Positions 18,775-27,265 of a DNA stretch of 57,914 nucleotides are shown here, piece after piece (within the stretch, counting starts at the first letter, position 1; every line of letters starts with the position of its first letter). This DNA comes from an uncultured bacterium (lineage in GTDB: Bacteria; Eisenbacteria; RBG-16-71-46; JABDJR01): positions 1 through 57,914 of the forward strand of contig CAYRIJ010000001.1 in assembly GCA_964424285.1 (NCBI GenBank), given 5' to 3'. The translations under genes and the position numbers were made by a program. The notes under the pieces are model-generated. The model had not been told where the DNA came from, searched no databases, and saw only the letters and a list, made by a program, of their open reading frames with translations.

Positions 18775-18972
18775 TACAATGCCTCCTAAAGTGAATTTCG
18801 AATGCATTATGAACCCATCCGGAAGGCAAACCAAGGATAATCCGCCGCCCGGGTAGCGGTTGACGGACCGCGGATCCGGGGTCACCCTCTGGGATCGTCG
18901 CCGGAGCCGCTCCGGCTCTCTACCCGGGATCCGTCCGGGAAGTTCCGCGGAGACCCTGGAGGATCGCGCTTG

Positions 18973-19770
18973 ATGCCCGCTCCCGAGCGCTCGGATCTCA
19001 TCGCCGCCCTCGTCGCCGCCGGCCGGCGCCTGGACGCTCTCGGCCTGGTTCCGGCCCGGGACGGCAATATCTCCGCGCGGCTTCCCGCGGGGCCGGGGTC
19101 CGGCGGCCGCCTCCTCGTCACCGCCACCGGCCGGCGCAAGCGTTCGCTCACCGAGGCCGACTTCGTGGAGATGGACCTCGACGGCCGGGTCCAGGGGCCG
19201 GGCCGGCCGAGCACCGAGATCGGCATGCACCTCGCCGTCTACCGCCTCCGGCCCGACGTGGGGGCGGTGGTCCACGCCCATCCTCCGGTGGCCGTCGGCT
19301 TCGCCAGCGCGGGCCAGGGCCTCACCGAGTGCCTCATGCCCGAGGTGGCGGTGAGCCTGGGCGCGGTCCCCCTCACCCCCTACGCCACCCCCGGCACCCC
19401 CGAGATCGAGGCGGCGATCGCCGACACCGCCCGGAGCCACGATGCCTTCCTCCTGGCCAACCACGGCGCGGTCACCCTCGGCGCCTCGGTGGAGGAAGCG
19501 CTGGACCGCATGGAGACCCTGGAGCACTTTGCCCGCATCGCCCTGGTCACCCGCCTGTTGGGCGGACCCAAGCCCTTGGGGCGGGCGGACGTGGACGCGC
19601 TTCAGGCCCAGCGACGCCGGGCCGGCGACCCCCGCCCGGTGACCTGCGACCCCGCCGAGGGCCCCCGGGCGGCTTCCCCGGTCCCCGCCGGCCTCCCCCC
19701 GGATCTGGCCCTGACCGTGGCTGCGGCAGTTCGCGCAATCCTCGGCGCGCCGGGCCCCGATCGCGGTTAA
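18973..19770 (+). CDS. class II aldolase/adducin-domain protein
   Basis: ARDGNISAR, TATGRRK, STEIGMHLAVY, VVHAHPP motifs. ATG at 18973 immediately follows the TTG at 18970. Has a ~60-aa Pro/Ala-rich C-terminal extension. Confidence 0.8.
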   Translation: MPAPERSDLIAALVAAGRRLDALGLVPARDGNISARLPAGPGSGGRLLVTATGRRKRSLTEADFVEMDLDGRVQGPGRPSTEIGMHLAVYRLRPDVGAVVHAHPPVAVGFASAGQGLTECLMPEVAVSLGAVPLTPYATPGTPEIEAAIADTARSHDAFLLANHGAVTLGASVEEALDRMETLEHFARIALVTRLLGGPKPLGRADVDALQAQRRRAGDPRPVTCDPAEGPRAASPVPAGLPPDLALTVAAAVRAILGAPGPDRG

Positions 19771-19851
19771 CCTCCGGCCCCGCCCGCCGATAACAAACTT
19801 CGGGACATCAGGGTTCGATTTCAGGCCTCAAGCACAGACAGGAAGACCGTC

Positions 19852-21936
19852 GTGGGCGATCGACTGCCCCTCGAGGAGGAGGGGAAGGACAGACTGCGCC
19901 TCGAATCCGAGGTTCCGGCCGCCCGGCCGGAGATGGACGTTCACCCCGCCGGCGAGAGCGGCGGTGACGGCTATGCCATGGCCTCCGCACCTCCACGGTT
20001 GGAACGGGGCGCCGTCCCCGAAGGCGGCTGGGGGGAAGGGGACTACGGGCAAACCGCGGTGACCGACGCGCCTCCCGTCGGCGATGCCGAGGAGCGCGAG
20101 GCCTACGGCCGGAGCCTGACCGGCTCCTCCGACGAGGCGCCGGCGGTGGAGAGCGCGCTCAGCGACAGCATCCTGGGTCTGGACGACGACGAGCCGGACG
20201 ACGAGTCGCCGGGCGAGTCCTCCCCCGAGGTCGCCCAGGTCCGCAAGCTCACCCGCTCCCTCTCCAAGGCGGTCAAGGCGGTTCGGCTCTATCCGGTGGA
20301 GAACCCCATGTGCCGCCGGTTCGCCGACGATCTCGCCGATCGCCTCACCGGGACCTTCAAGCTCATGGACGCGGTCCGGCTCACCGTGGGGAAGACCAAG
20401 CTCTTCTACACCGGGGAGCCGGTTCTCCAGCAGGAAGGCCGCGACGACTCCGTCCCCGCGCGCCTCTTCTGGGACGGCATCCGGGAGATCTCCTTCCACG
20501 TGGGGCTCACCCGGCAGGAAGTGCTCGACTTCCTGACCCTGTTCCGCAAGAGCGCGCTCAAGGTGGTGGACGGGGAGGACGACTTCGTCACCCTCCTCTG
20601 GGAAGGGCGCTTCGAGCACATCACCTACATCGCCATCGACGACATTCTCGATCTCGACAACGCCGAGGATCCGATCCCCGAGGAGTTCGGGAAGGAGTTC
20701 ATGAACTACGTCGATCTCGAGATGCACAACCTCGAGGACGACGAGGAGACCGGGCGCGCGGCCAACGAGATGGCCGAGCAGATCCGGGCCAAGATCCTGT
20801 CCGAGGAGGATCCCGAGCTCTTCGGAATCAGCCGCGAGGAGCGGGAGGCCCTCCTGGAGGAGATCGCCGAGGAGGAATCCCCGCGCATCCTGGGCGACAT
20901 CGTCCACCTCATCGGCGAAACCCTGTTCCTGGAGAAGAACGAAGCCTCGTTCGTGAGCCTGGTCCAGGTGCTCTCCGGGGCCATGCTGGGGCTGATCGGG
21001 GAAGGGCGGCTCCGCGAGGCGGCCGAGATCATCGGCATGCTGCGCGAAGTCGCCGTGGACCGGGACGACCTCACCGCCGGCATGTCCACGGTGATCGATG
21101 CCGGTCTCCGGGCCGCCTGGGACGACACCCGTTGCGAGTCGCTGGCCCGCCATCTCGACGCCGGCCGGACCTCGGCCCTGGCTCCCCTGGAGCGCTTCAT
21201 CCGCGTCCTGCCGGAGGACGCCATCGGTTCGCTCTGCGAGGTGATGGGCCGGCTGGAGAGCCCCCGGGCCCGGCGGCGGCTCATCGACGCCCTGATCGAG
21301 AAGGCGGGGGGAAACGTGGTTCCCTTCCTCCCGTTCCTGAAGGACGACCGCTGGTTCCTGGTCCGGAACGTGGCGGTCATCCTGGGGGCGATGAAGAGCG
21401 ATCAGGCGGTGACCCCCTTGAAGGAGCTGCTGCGCCATCCCGATTTCCGGGTCCGGCGGGAGGCGCTCGGCGCCCTGAGCCAGGTCGGACGGGGACGGGC
21501 GATGGACGTCCTGGTGGAGTGCCTCTTCGACCCGGATCAGCGAATCCGGGCCGGGGCGGCGCGGAACCTCGCGCTGAGCGGGCGCCGCGCCGTGCCCCAC
21601 CTCCTCCTCGTGGTCGAGGAGAAGGAATTCGACCAGCGCGACCTGAGCGAGAAGCGCGCCTTCTTCGAGGCCCTGGGCTACGCGGGGGGGAAGGACCTGC
21701 TTCCCCTCATGCGCGACGTCCTCGGCCGGAGGAGTCTCTTCCGCCGGACCCAGGCCGACGAGCTCCGGGCCTGCGCCTGCGAATCGCTGGGCTGGATCGG
21801 CGGCTCCGAGGCCCAGGAACTCCTTTCCCGTCACCTCGAAGACCGTTCCATCATCGTCCGCACCGCCGCCCAGTCCGGGCTCCGCCGGATCGCCAAGGGA
21901 AGCGACGGGGAATCGATCGTGAAGGAGGCGGCCTGA
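19852..21936 (+). CDS. HEAT-repeat protein with an N-terminal module resembling that of the downstream HD-GYP protein
   Basis: GTG start with AGGAAG upstream (start uncertain). C-terminal HEAT/PBS-lyase-type repeats (DDRWFLVRNVAVILGAM, HPDFRVRREALGALSQVG, DPDQRIRAGAARNLA, EDRSIIVRTAAQSGL). Confidence 0.75.
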   Translation: MGDRLPLEEEGKDRLRLESEVPAARPEMDVHPAGESGGDGYAMASAPPRLERGAVPEGGWGEGDYGQTAVTDAPPVGDAEEREAYGRSLTGSSDEAPAVESALSDSILGLDDDEPDDESPGESSPEVAQVRKLTRSLSKAVKAVRLYPVENPMCRRFADDLADRLTGTFKLMDAVRLTVGKTKLFYTGEPVLQQEGRDDSVPARLFWDGIREISFHVGLTRQEVLDFLTLFRKSALKVVDGEDDFVTLLWEGRFEHITYIAIDDILDLDNAEDPIPEEFGKEFMNYVDLEMHNLEDDEETGRAANEMAEQIRAKILSEEDPELFGISREEREALLEEIAEEESPRILGDIVHLIGETLFLEKNEASFVSLVQVLSGAMLGLIGEGRLREAAEIIGMLREVAVDRDDLTAGMSTVIDAGLRAAWDDTRCESLARHLDAGRTSALAPLERFIRVLPEDAIGSLCEVMGRLESPRARRRLIDALIEKAGGNVVPFLPFLKDDRWFLVRNVAVILGAMKSDQAVTPLKELLRHPDFRVRREALGALSQVGRGRAMDVLVECLFDPDQRIRAGAARNLALSGRRAVPHLLLVVEEKEFDQRDLSEKRAFFEALGYAGGKDLLPLMRDVLGRRSLFRRTQADELRACACESLGWIGGSEAQELLSRHLEDRSIIVRTAAQSGLRRIAKGSDGESIVKEAA

Positions 21937-23390
21937 TGGCCCTGGGCGAGCACCTCTCCGCGAGTCTGTCCGAGGATCCCCAGGCCCTGGGCCGGGAGCT
22001 GGTGCGGGCGTTCCAGGTGGCGATCCGCACCGCCCGCACCCACGGCTGGAACAACGAGGCCAGCCTGGCCGCGATGGAGAGCCTGGTCACCGCGGTCAAC
22101 AACGTGGTCGCGGCCCGGGGAGAGTTCGGACTCCACGTGGCCAGCGATTTTCTCTATCTCGACGACGCGCGTCTCCGGGTGGACACCGCCGGCTACGGGT
22201 TCATGGAGGTTCTGATCGGCGAGCTGACCACCCGCGGGGTGGGGAGCCTCTTCGTATCGGGCCGGGCCACCGCGGACCAGGTCCGCCAGCTGGTGGACGT
22301 CCTGAACGAGCAGTCGGTAGGGGACGAGGAGACCGCCGCCCTCATCAACCAGAAGCTCGACTCGTTCGAGTCGCCGTTCGCGGTGGGTCCGGTCCGCGAG
22401 ATGAACGAACTCCTGAGCATCGAGACCCAGCAGGTGGACCGGCGGGAGCGGTGCAAGAAGGCGTTCTTCAAGGCGGTCACCGTGACCAAGGCGATCATGG
22501 CCCAGGCCCATCTGGGAAAGCGGCTGGAGCTCCGGCACGCCAAGCGGGTGGTGCAGGACATGGTCGATCTCATGATGGACGAGGAGTTCACCCTGCTCGG
22601 CCTCACCACCCTGAAATCCCACGACAACTACACGTTCTATCACTCGGTGAACGTCTGCATCTACTCCCTGGCCCTGGCCAAACGGGCCGGCTTCACCCGC
22701 ACCCAGCTGGCCGAGCTGGGGGTGGCCGCGCTCTTCCACGACCTGGGCAAGTCCAAGATCCCCCTCGACATCCTGCGCAAGCCGGGGGCGTTCACCCCCG
22801 AGGAGTGGGACACCATGAAGGCCCATCCCGAGCTGGGGGTGAAGGAGCTGGTTCGGATGCGGGGCCTGTCCGCCCTGGCCTTCAAGTCCATGCTGGCCTG
22901 CTTCGAGCATCACCTGAACTACAATCAGGCTCCCGGAGGCTACCCCCGGCTGCGCAAGCCCTATCGCCCCCATCCCATCGGCCGGATCGTGGCCGTGGCC
23001 GACGCCTTCGACGCCATGACCACCAAGCGGGTCTACGTCAAGAAGGCCACCCCGCGGGACAAGGCGCTCTCGTACATGATGAGCCAGGCGGGGAGCAAGT
23101 TCGATCCGGTGCTCATGCGGCTCTTCGCCAACATGATCGGGGTCTTCCCGGTGGGGACCGCGGTGCGGCTCAAGAGCGGCCGCCTGGCCGTGGTGCTCGC
23201 GGTGGCCGAGGACTCGAACCTCTGCCACCGGCCGGTGGTGCGCCCGGTCACCGACGAGAACGGGATCCAGCGGGAGTACCCGGAACTCGACCTCTCCAAG
23301 AAGGGTGCCGACGGCGCCTATCCGGACGAGGTTCAGGCCACCGTGGACGCGGAGGCCCTCGGGCTCGACATCTCCAAGTACTTCATCTAA
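21936..23390 (+). CDS. HD-GYP domain phosphohydrolase (putative c-di-GMP phosphodiesterase)
   Basis: ATG overlaps the upstream stop (cTGATGg). HHSVNV...LFHDLGKSKIP...HPELG...EHHLNYNQAPGGYP...VADAFDAMTTKRVY. Confidence 0.85.
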   Translation: MALGEHLSASLSEDPQALGRELVRAFQVAIRTARTHGWNNEASLAAMESLVTAVNNVVAARGEFGLHVASDFLYLDDARLRVDTAGYGFMEVLIGELTTRGVGSLFVSGRATADQVRQLVDVLNEQSVGDEETAALINQKLDSFESPFAVGPVREMNELLSIETQQVDRRERCKKAFFKAVTVTKAIMAQAHLGKRLELRHAKRVVQDMVDLMMDEEFTLLGLTTLKSHDNYTFYHSVNVCIYSLALAKRAGFTRTQLAELGVAALFHDLGKSKIPLDILRKPGAFTPEEWDTMKAHPELGVKELVRMRGLSALAFKSMLACFEHHLNYNQAPGGYPRLRKPYRPHPIGRIVAVADAFDAMTTKRVYVKKATPRDKALSYMMSQAGSKFDPVLMRLFANMIGVFPVGTAVRLKSGRLAVVLAVAEDSNLCHRPVVRPVTDENGIQREYPELDLSKKGADGAYPDEVQATVDAEALGLDISKYFI

Positions 23391-23412
23391 TTAGAATTTT
23401 GGTCGACTTTGA

Positions 23413-23442
23413 GGGGAGGGGGACCGCCGGGCCTCCCTCCCC
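23413..23442 (+). terminator. GC-rich stem-loop downstream of the HD-GYP gene (possible terminator, no U-tract)
   Basis: GGGGAGGGGG / CCTCCCTCCCC arms form about a 10-bp stem (one G-U) around a 10-nt loop, 22 nt after the stop codon. Confidence 0.35.
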
Positions 23443-23465
23443 CTAAGGCGTCCTCCTTCCTCAGC

Positions 23466-23494
23466 TTGACAGCCTCTCCCCCCTCCCCTATCCT
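23466..23494 (+). promoter_or_regulatory. sigma-70-like promoter candidate for the lipoprotein/OMP pair
   Basis: TTGACA (23466-23471), 17-nt spacer, TATCCT (23489-23494), within a 200-bp intergenic region. Confidence 0.3.
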
Positions 23495-23588
23495 TCGCAG
23501 TCGCTTTCGTTCTCCCCCTCTCAGGCTGCCGAGGCAGTTCTTTTTATTCCTCACAGTTCCATGACGACGATCCAGGGAGGATCTCCTG

Positions 23589-24062
23589 GTGCACATACGG
23601 CGAACGGCCATCGGAATCCTGGCCTCGATGCTGGTCCTGGCGGCGGCCGGATGCACGAAGCTGGTGCCGGCGTCCATCAACGACTTCGGAGCGGAGAAGA
23701 CCGTGGTGGTTACCCTGCGGGATGGCGAGACCATCAAGGGGCACCTGGCTCGGGGGGAGCACGTGACCTTCACCACCTTCGGTCGGGTCTATCGCGCCAC
23801 CGTCGAGGAGGCGGACGAAACCGGCATCGTACTGTCCAAGCCGTACATCCAGGAGGAGTACGAGCGCTACCGCATCCAGCGCGAACGGATGGAGGGGGCG
23901 GCGCTTCATATCCGCGACGAGACCGAACGCATCACCATTCCCGCCTACAAGATCGTCAAGGTGGACGAGGTGACGATCGACAAGATGAAGTCCGCCCGGG
24001 CCGGGGGGTTCTGGGGGTTCACCGTCTTCGTCTTGGCCAAGATCATGAGTGCACGGCTCTAA
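23589..24062 (+). CDS. hypothetical lipoprotein
   Basis: GTG start with GGGAGGA upstream. Lipobox LAAAGC. Charged protein-like body. C-terminal hydrophobic segment GGFWGFTVFVLAKIM. Confidence 0.65.
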   Translation: MHIRRTAIGILASMLVLAAAGCTKLVPASINDFGAEKTVVVTLRDGETIKGHLARGEHVTFTTFGRVYRATVEEADETGIVLSKPYIQEEYERYRIQRERMEGAALHIRDETERITIPAYKIVKVDEVTIDKMKSARAGGFWGFTVFVLAKIMSARL

Positions 24063-24096
24063 CGGGCTTCGTGACCGCCGAGTGGAGGGTCCTGCC

Positions 24097-25698
24097 TTGA
24101 AGTCATTCGCGCGTTTTCTGATTTCGGCTCTGGCCGGGGTGTCGATCCTCGCCGCCGCGCCGTCGGCGCGAGCCCAGACCGGGAGCAACGCTCCCACCGA
24201 CACGTTGAGCATTACCGGCCGATCCTCCTGGGAGGCCGGCTTCCTCTCCATCTTCAACTTCGACCGGGTTCCGGTGGGGGCGCGGATGTCGGCCATGGGG
24301 GGGGCCGGGATGGCGCTGGCCGGCGGGCCGGAGTACATGAGCCTGAACCCCGCCGCGCTGTTGGGCGTGGAGCGGCCCCAGGTGGAATCCTCGGCCGTCT
24401 TCTACTCGGGCGGCACCTCGGTCAAGACCTTCCCCGAACTCCTGGACATCGGGCAGATCCAGTTCCTGCAGAGCAAGGACTACCGGGTGAGCCCGTCCAC
24501 CAAGCTGAACTACAACAACATTTCCCTGGGTCTGCCCATGGTGATTCTGGGCGGCCGGGGGGGGCTGGGGCTCACGTACCGGCGCGAAGCCCGGACCGGC
24601 GAGGGATCCGAAGTCCGCGCCATCCTCAAGGGACCGTTCGCCGCGGGCCAGGAGGTCAATTTCGGCCGGGGAGACAGTCCCGACGACGGCCTGGACGCCA
24701 TCAGCGTGGGGGCGGCGCGATCCTTCGGGGGCTCCCTCGACCTGGGACTCGCCCTGAACTGGCAGACCGGCACCCTGCATCGCAGCGAGTCGATCGGGCT
24801 CTCCCAGTTCGGCTTCGAGTTCCTGAACGGCGGCTACAACTTCCACCAGGACGTCTCCGGTTTCAACGTCGATCTGGGGGCGAGGGGGCACCTCGGGCGG
24901 CTGCTGGTGGCCGGATCGCTCCAGATGGCCCACGACCTGGATTTCAAGAACGGGTTCGCGACGGTGCGCCCGGTGCCCAATGACCTTCTGGAAACCAAGA
25001 TCCTCGCCTACACCACCCTTCTCGATCACACGCTCTCGATTCCCACCGTCGTGGGGGTGGGCTCGGCTCTGGATCTCACCGATCGGCTCACCCTGGTCGG
25101 CGACTACTGGATCCGCCCCTGGAGCAAGGTGGATGTCACCCGCCAGAGCATCACCCCGGAGATCGGCTTCTCCGACCCGCAGGACTCCACCAGCTACTTC
25201 ATCTCGCTCGCGACCGGGGGCGGGAAGGAAACCTTCAACGCCGGGTTGGGGGACGCCAACAGCCTGCGCCTGGGCCTGGAGTACGCCCTGCATCGTTCGG
25301 ACCGGGTCCAGGTCCCGATCCGTTTCGGATACCGCACCGAGAAACTGGCCCTCAGCAACACCGTGATCCCCGAGAGCTATCAGCACTACACCGCGATGAT
25401 CCGACGCTATTTCGACGGCGACACCGCGACGGGGGATTCCCTCCTATACGTGGCGGAATTCTCCAACCTGGCCTTCCGGGGGAGCCCGGTCAAGGCCGCC
25501 GCGATCACCTTCGGGCTGGGGGTGGATATCGACGACTTCAGCGCCTCCCTCTCGGTGGAGCGGAGGAGCTACGACATCAACAACTTCTACCTGTACGGCT
25601 TCAACCCCGATCCGAAATTCAACGAGAGCTTCCCCGCGGTCACCGCCGAGACCCGGCACATTCTCACCATCGGCCTCACCTCCCGCATGCGGTTCTGA
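24097..25698 (+). CDS. PorV/PorQ-family-like outer-membrane beta-barrel protein
   Basis: TTG start with GGAGGG 7 nt upstream. Signal peptide ...AAPSARAQ. Signature GARMSAMGGAGMALAGGPEYMSLNPAALLGV. Alternating beta-strand pattern. C-terminal ...TSRMRF (terminal Phe). Confidence 0.75.
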   Translation: MKSFARFLISALAGVSILAAAPSARAQTGSNAPTDTLSITGRSSWEAGFLSIFNFDRVPVGARMSAMGGAGMALAGGPEYMSLNPAALLGVERPQVESSAVFYSGGTSVKTFPELLDIGQIQFLQSKDYRVSPSTKLNYNNISLGLPMVILGGRGGLGLTYRREARTGEGSEVRAILKGPFAAGQEVNFGRGDSPDDGLDAISVGAARSFGGSLDLGLALNWQTGTLHRSESIGLSQFGFEFLNGGYNFHQDVSGFNVDLGARGHLGRLLVAGSLQMAHDLDFKNGFATVRPVPNDLLETKILAYTTLLDHTLSIPTVVGVGSALDLTDRLTLVGDYWIRPWSKVDVTRQSITPEIGFSDPQDSTSYFISLATGGGKETFNAGLGDANSLRLGLEYALHRSDRVQVPIRFGYRTEKLALSNTVIPESYQHYTAMIRRYFDGDTATGDSLLYVAEFSNLAFRGSPVKAAAITFGLGVDIDDFSASLSVERRSYDINNFYLYGFNPDPKFNESFPAVTAETRHILTIGLTSRMRF

Positions 25699-25874
25699 AC
25701 CCCGGTCACCCGCCGGCCCCACGCTCCCGCGCCCGGCGCCGGAGTTCGCGCGCGCCGGACTCCGGGGAGCCGGTCCCCGGTCCGGTCGGGCCGGAGGGCT
25801 AAAGCCGGGTTCCCATTCGGTCGAAAACGACATCAGGCCAATCGCCCCACCCCGACCCGGGGCGCTGAGCCAGT

Positions 25875-27005
25875 ATGTCTATGAAAACAAACACCTTATC
25901 GACCCAGGGTCAGCCACCGGCGGCCGGTCGCCCCGTCCGGGAGCGCGAGGACGTCTACCAGGGCCTCGCCCATCACGAGCGGAGCCTGTGGCTCACCACG
26001 ATCGCCATCGTGATCATGAGCGCGGCCACCCTGGCCATCCTCACCGTGGGAAGCGCCATGGCCGGGGTCTTCGCCGGTCCCTACCGGGGATTCGTGCTGG
26101 CCGGGGCGAGCTTCCTCTTCCTGGGAGCCTTCATCGCGTACATCGGGGCTCAGCGGGACACCATCGAGCAGAACCGGGTCCGCATCTTCCGGGAGCTGGA
26201 GAGCCGCTCCTATCAGCTCGTCCAGGCCAACCGGGCGCTCAAGGAAGCCATGCAGACCCGGGACATCTTTCTCAATACCGTGTCCCATGAACTCAAGACC
26301 CCGCTCACCTGCATCATCGCCTATGCGGAGTACCTGGCCGAGGAGACCCTGGAGCCCGAGGAGGTGCGGGGCCATTCCCGCACCATTCACGGCGAGGGAC
26401 GGAACCTGCTCCGGCTGATCGATCAGGTGATGGACGTGACCCGGTTCCGCTCCGGAACCATGGTGCTGGAGCGAAGACCGGTGGACCTGAACCGGATGGT
26501 GGCCCGGCTGGTGGACGAGAGAGCGGAGGAGGCGCGGGCCCGGGGTATCGAGCTGGCCGGGGAGTTCAGCCAGGATCCCCTGCGCGCGCGGCTCGATCCG
26601 GGACGCATGGAAGAGGCCTTGGGGGCGATCCTCCACCGCTCCGTCGCGGTCAGTTCGCCCGGGACGCGGGTGACCGTCCACTGCCGCTACCTGGACGAAG
26701 GATGGGCCGAGATACAGGTCGTGGACGGCTCGCCCCGCCTGAGCGAGGCGGAGCGTGAGGCCCTCTTCCAGCCCTTCGCCCAGATGGAACCCGAACCCAC
26801 CGGCCGGAGCGGCGACCTGGGACTCGCCTTCCCCCTGGTGAAGCGGTTCGTGGTGGCTCACGGAGGGATGATCGAGGTGGGCGACCACGAACCCTCCGGA
26901 CTCGTCTACCGCATCCAGCTTCCCCTGATCGCCTCCTCCGAGGCCTCGGCGGACGATGCGGACGCGCCGGACGGAGCCGAAGAGCCCCTCGACCGGGCGA
27001 GCTGA
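25875..27005 (+). CDS. membrane sensor histidine kinase (orphan, no adjacent response regulator)
   Basis: Two TM helices. H-box FLNTVSHELKTPL. HATPase_c N/G boxes (...VVDGSPRLSEAERE...GDLGLAFPLVKRFV). Confidence 0.85.
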   Translation: MSMKTNTLSTQGQPPAAGRPVREREDVYQGLAHHERSLWLTTIAIVIMSAATLAILTVGSAMAGVFAGPYRGFVLAGASFLFLGAFIAYIGAQRDTIEQNRVRIFRELESRSYQLVQANRALKEAMQTRDIFLNTVSHELKTPLTCIIAYAEYLAEETLEPEEVRGHSRTIHGEGRNLLRLIDQVMDVTRFRSGTMVLERRPVDLNRMVARLVDERAEEARARGIELAGEFSQDPLRARLDPGRMEEALGAILHRSVAVSSPGTRVTVHCRYLDEGWAEIQVVDGSPRLSEAEREALFQPFAQMEPEPTGRSGDLGLAFPLVKRFVVAHGGMIEVGDHEPSGLVYRIQLPLIASSEASADDADAPDGAEEPLDRAS

Positions 27006-27132
27006 TTCCCCTCCCCCGTCAATCCGCCCCACCGACCCCGACCTCGCCCCCCAGAGCCGGAAACAGCCGTTTTTCATTGTGCGTCACGCATTCGTCACCG
27101 GATCCCCGCCCGGCGCTCGCCGTCCCGTCTCA

Positions 27133-27148
27133 ACACTAGATATTGTGG
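27133..27148 (+). promoter_or_regulatory. NrdR-box-like operator upstream of nrdJ
   Basis: ACACTAGATATTGTGG compared with the published NrdR box consensus acaCwAtATaTwGtgt. A TACAAT -10-like hexamer lies at 27156-27161. A weaker box-like element (CTACAGGAATTGGTGT, 27165-27180) lies about 32 bp downstream, centre to centre. Confidence 0.5.
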
Positions 27149-27265
27149 CTTGCGGTACAATCAACTACAGGAATTGGTGTTTTTCGCCTTGACGCTTGCC
27201 GGGGGCCGGGCATAAACAGGTAGGCACCTCTTGACGTACCTTTTTTCCTGGAGGGTGTACGACCT

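Noticed and set aside
18775-19527. N-terminal 250-aa extension of ogt in the 447-aa track ORF (and the ATG at 18807)
   Set aside because: The extension is Gly/Arg/Ala-rich and overlaps the aldolase gene on the other strand. The ATG at 18774 has a canonical AGGAGG and yields a normal-length Ogt.
19808-19835. tRNA-like T-loop (GGGTTCGATTTC)
   Set aside because: The flanking bases do not form a T-stem (CAGGG vs TCAGG). No acceptor stem, anticodon arm or D-arm can be built, so this is an intergenic coincidence.
27006-27265. Cobalamin riboswitch upstream of nrdJ
   Set aside because: I could not see a B12-box-like core. B12 riboswitches normally repress B12-independent isozymes or B12 uptake rather than the B12-dependent RNR. 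An NrdR-box explanation fits better.
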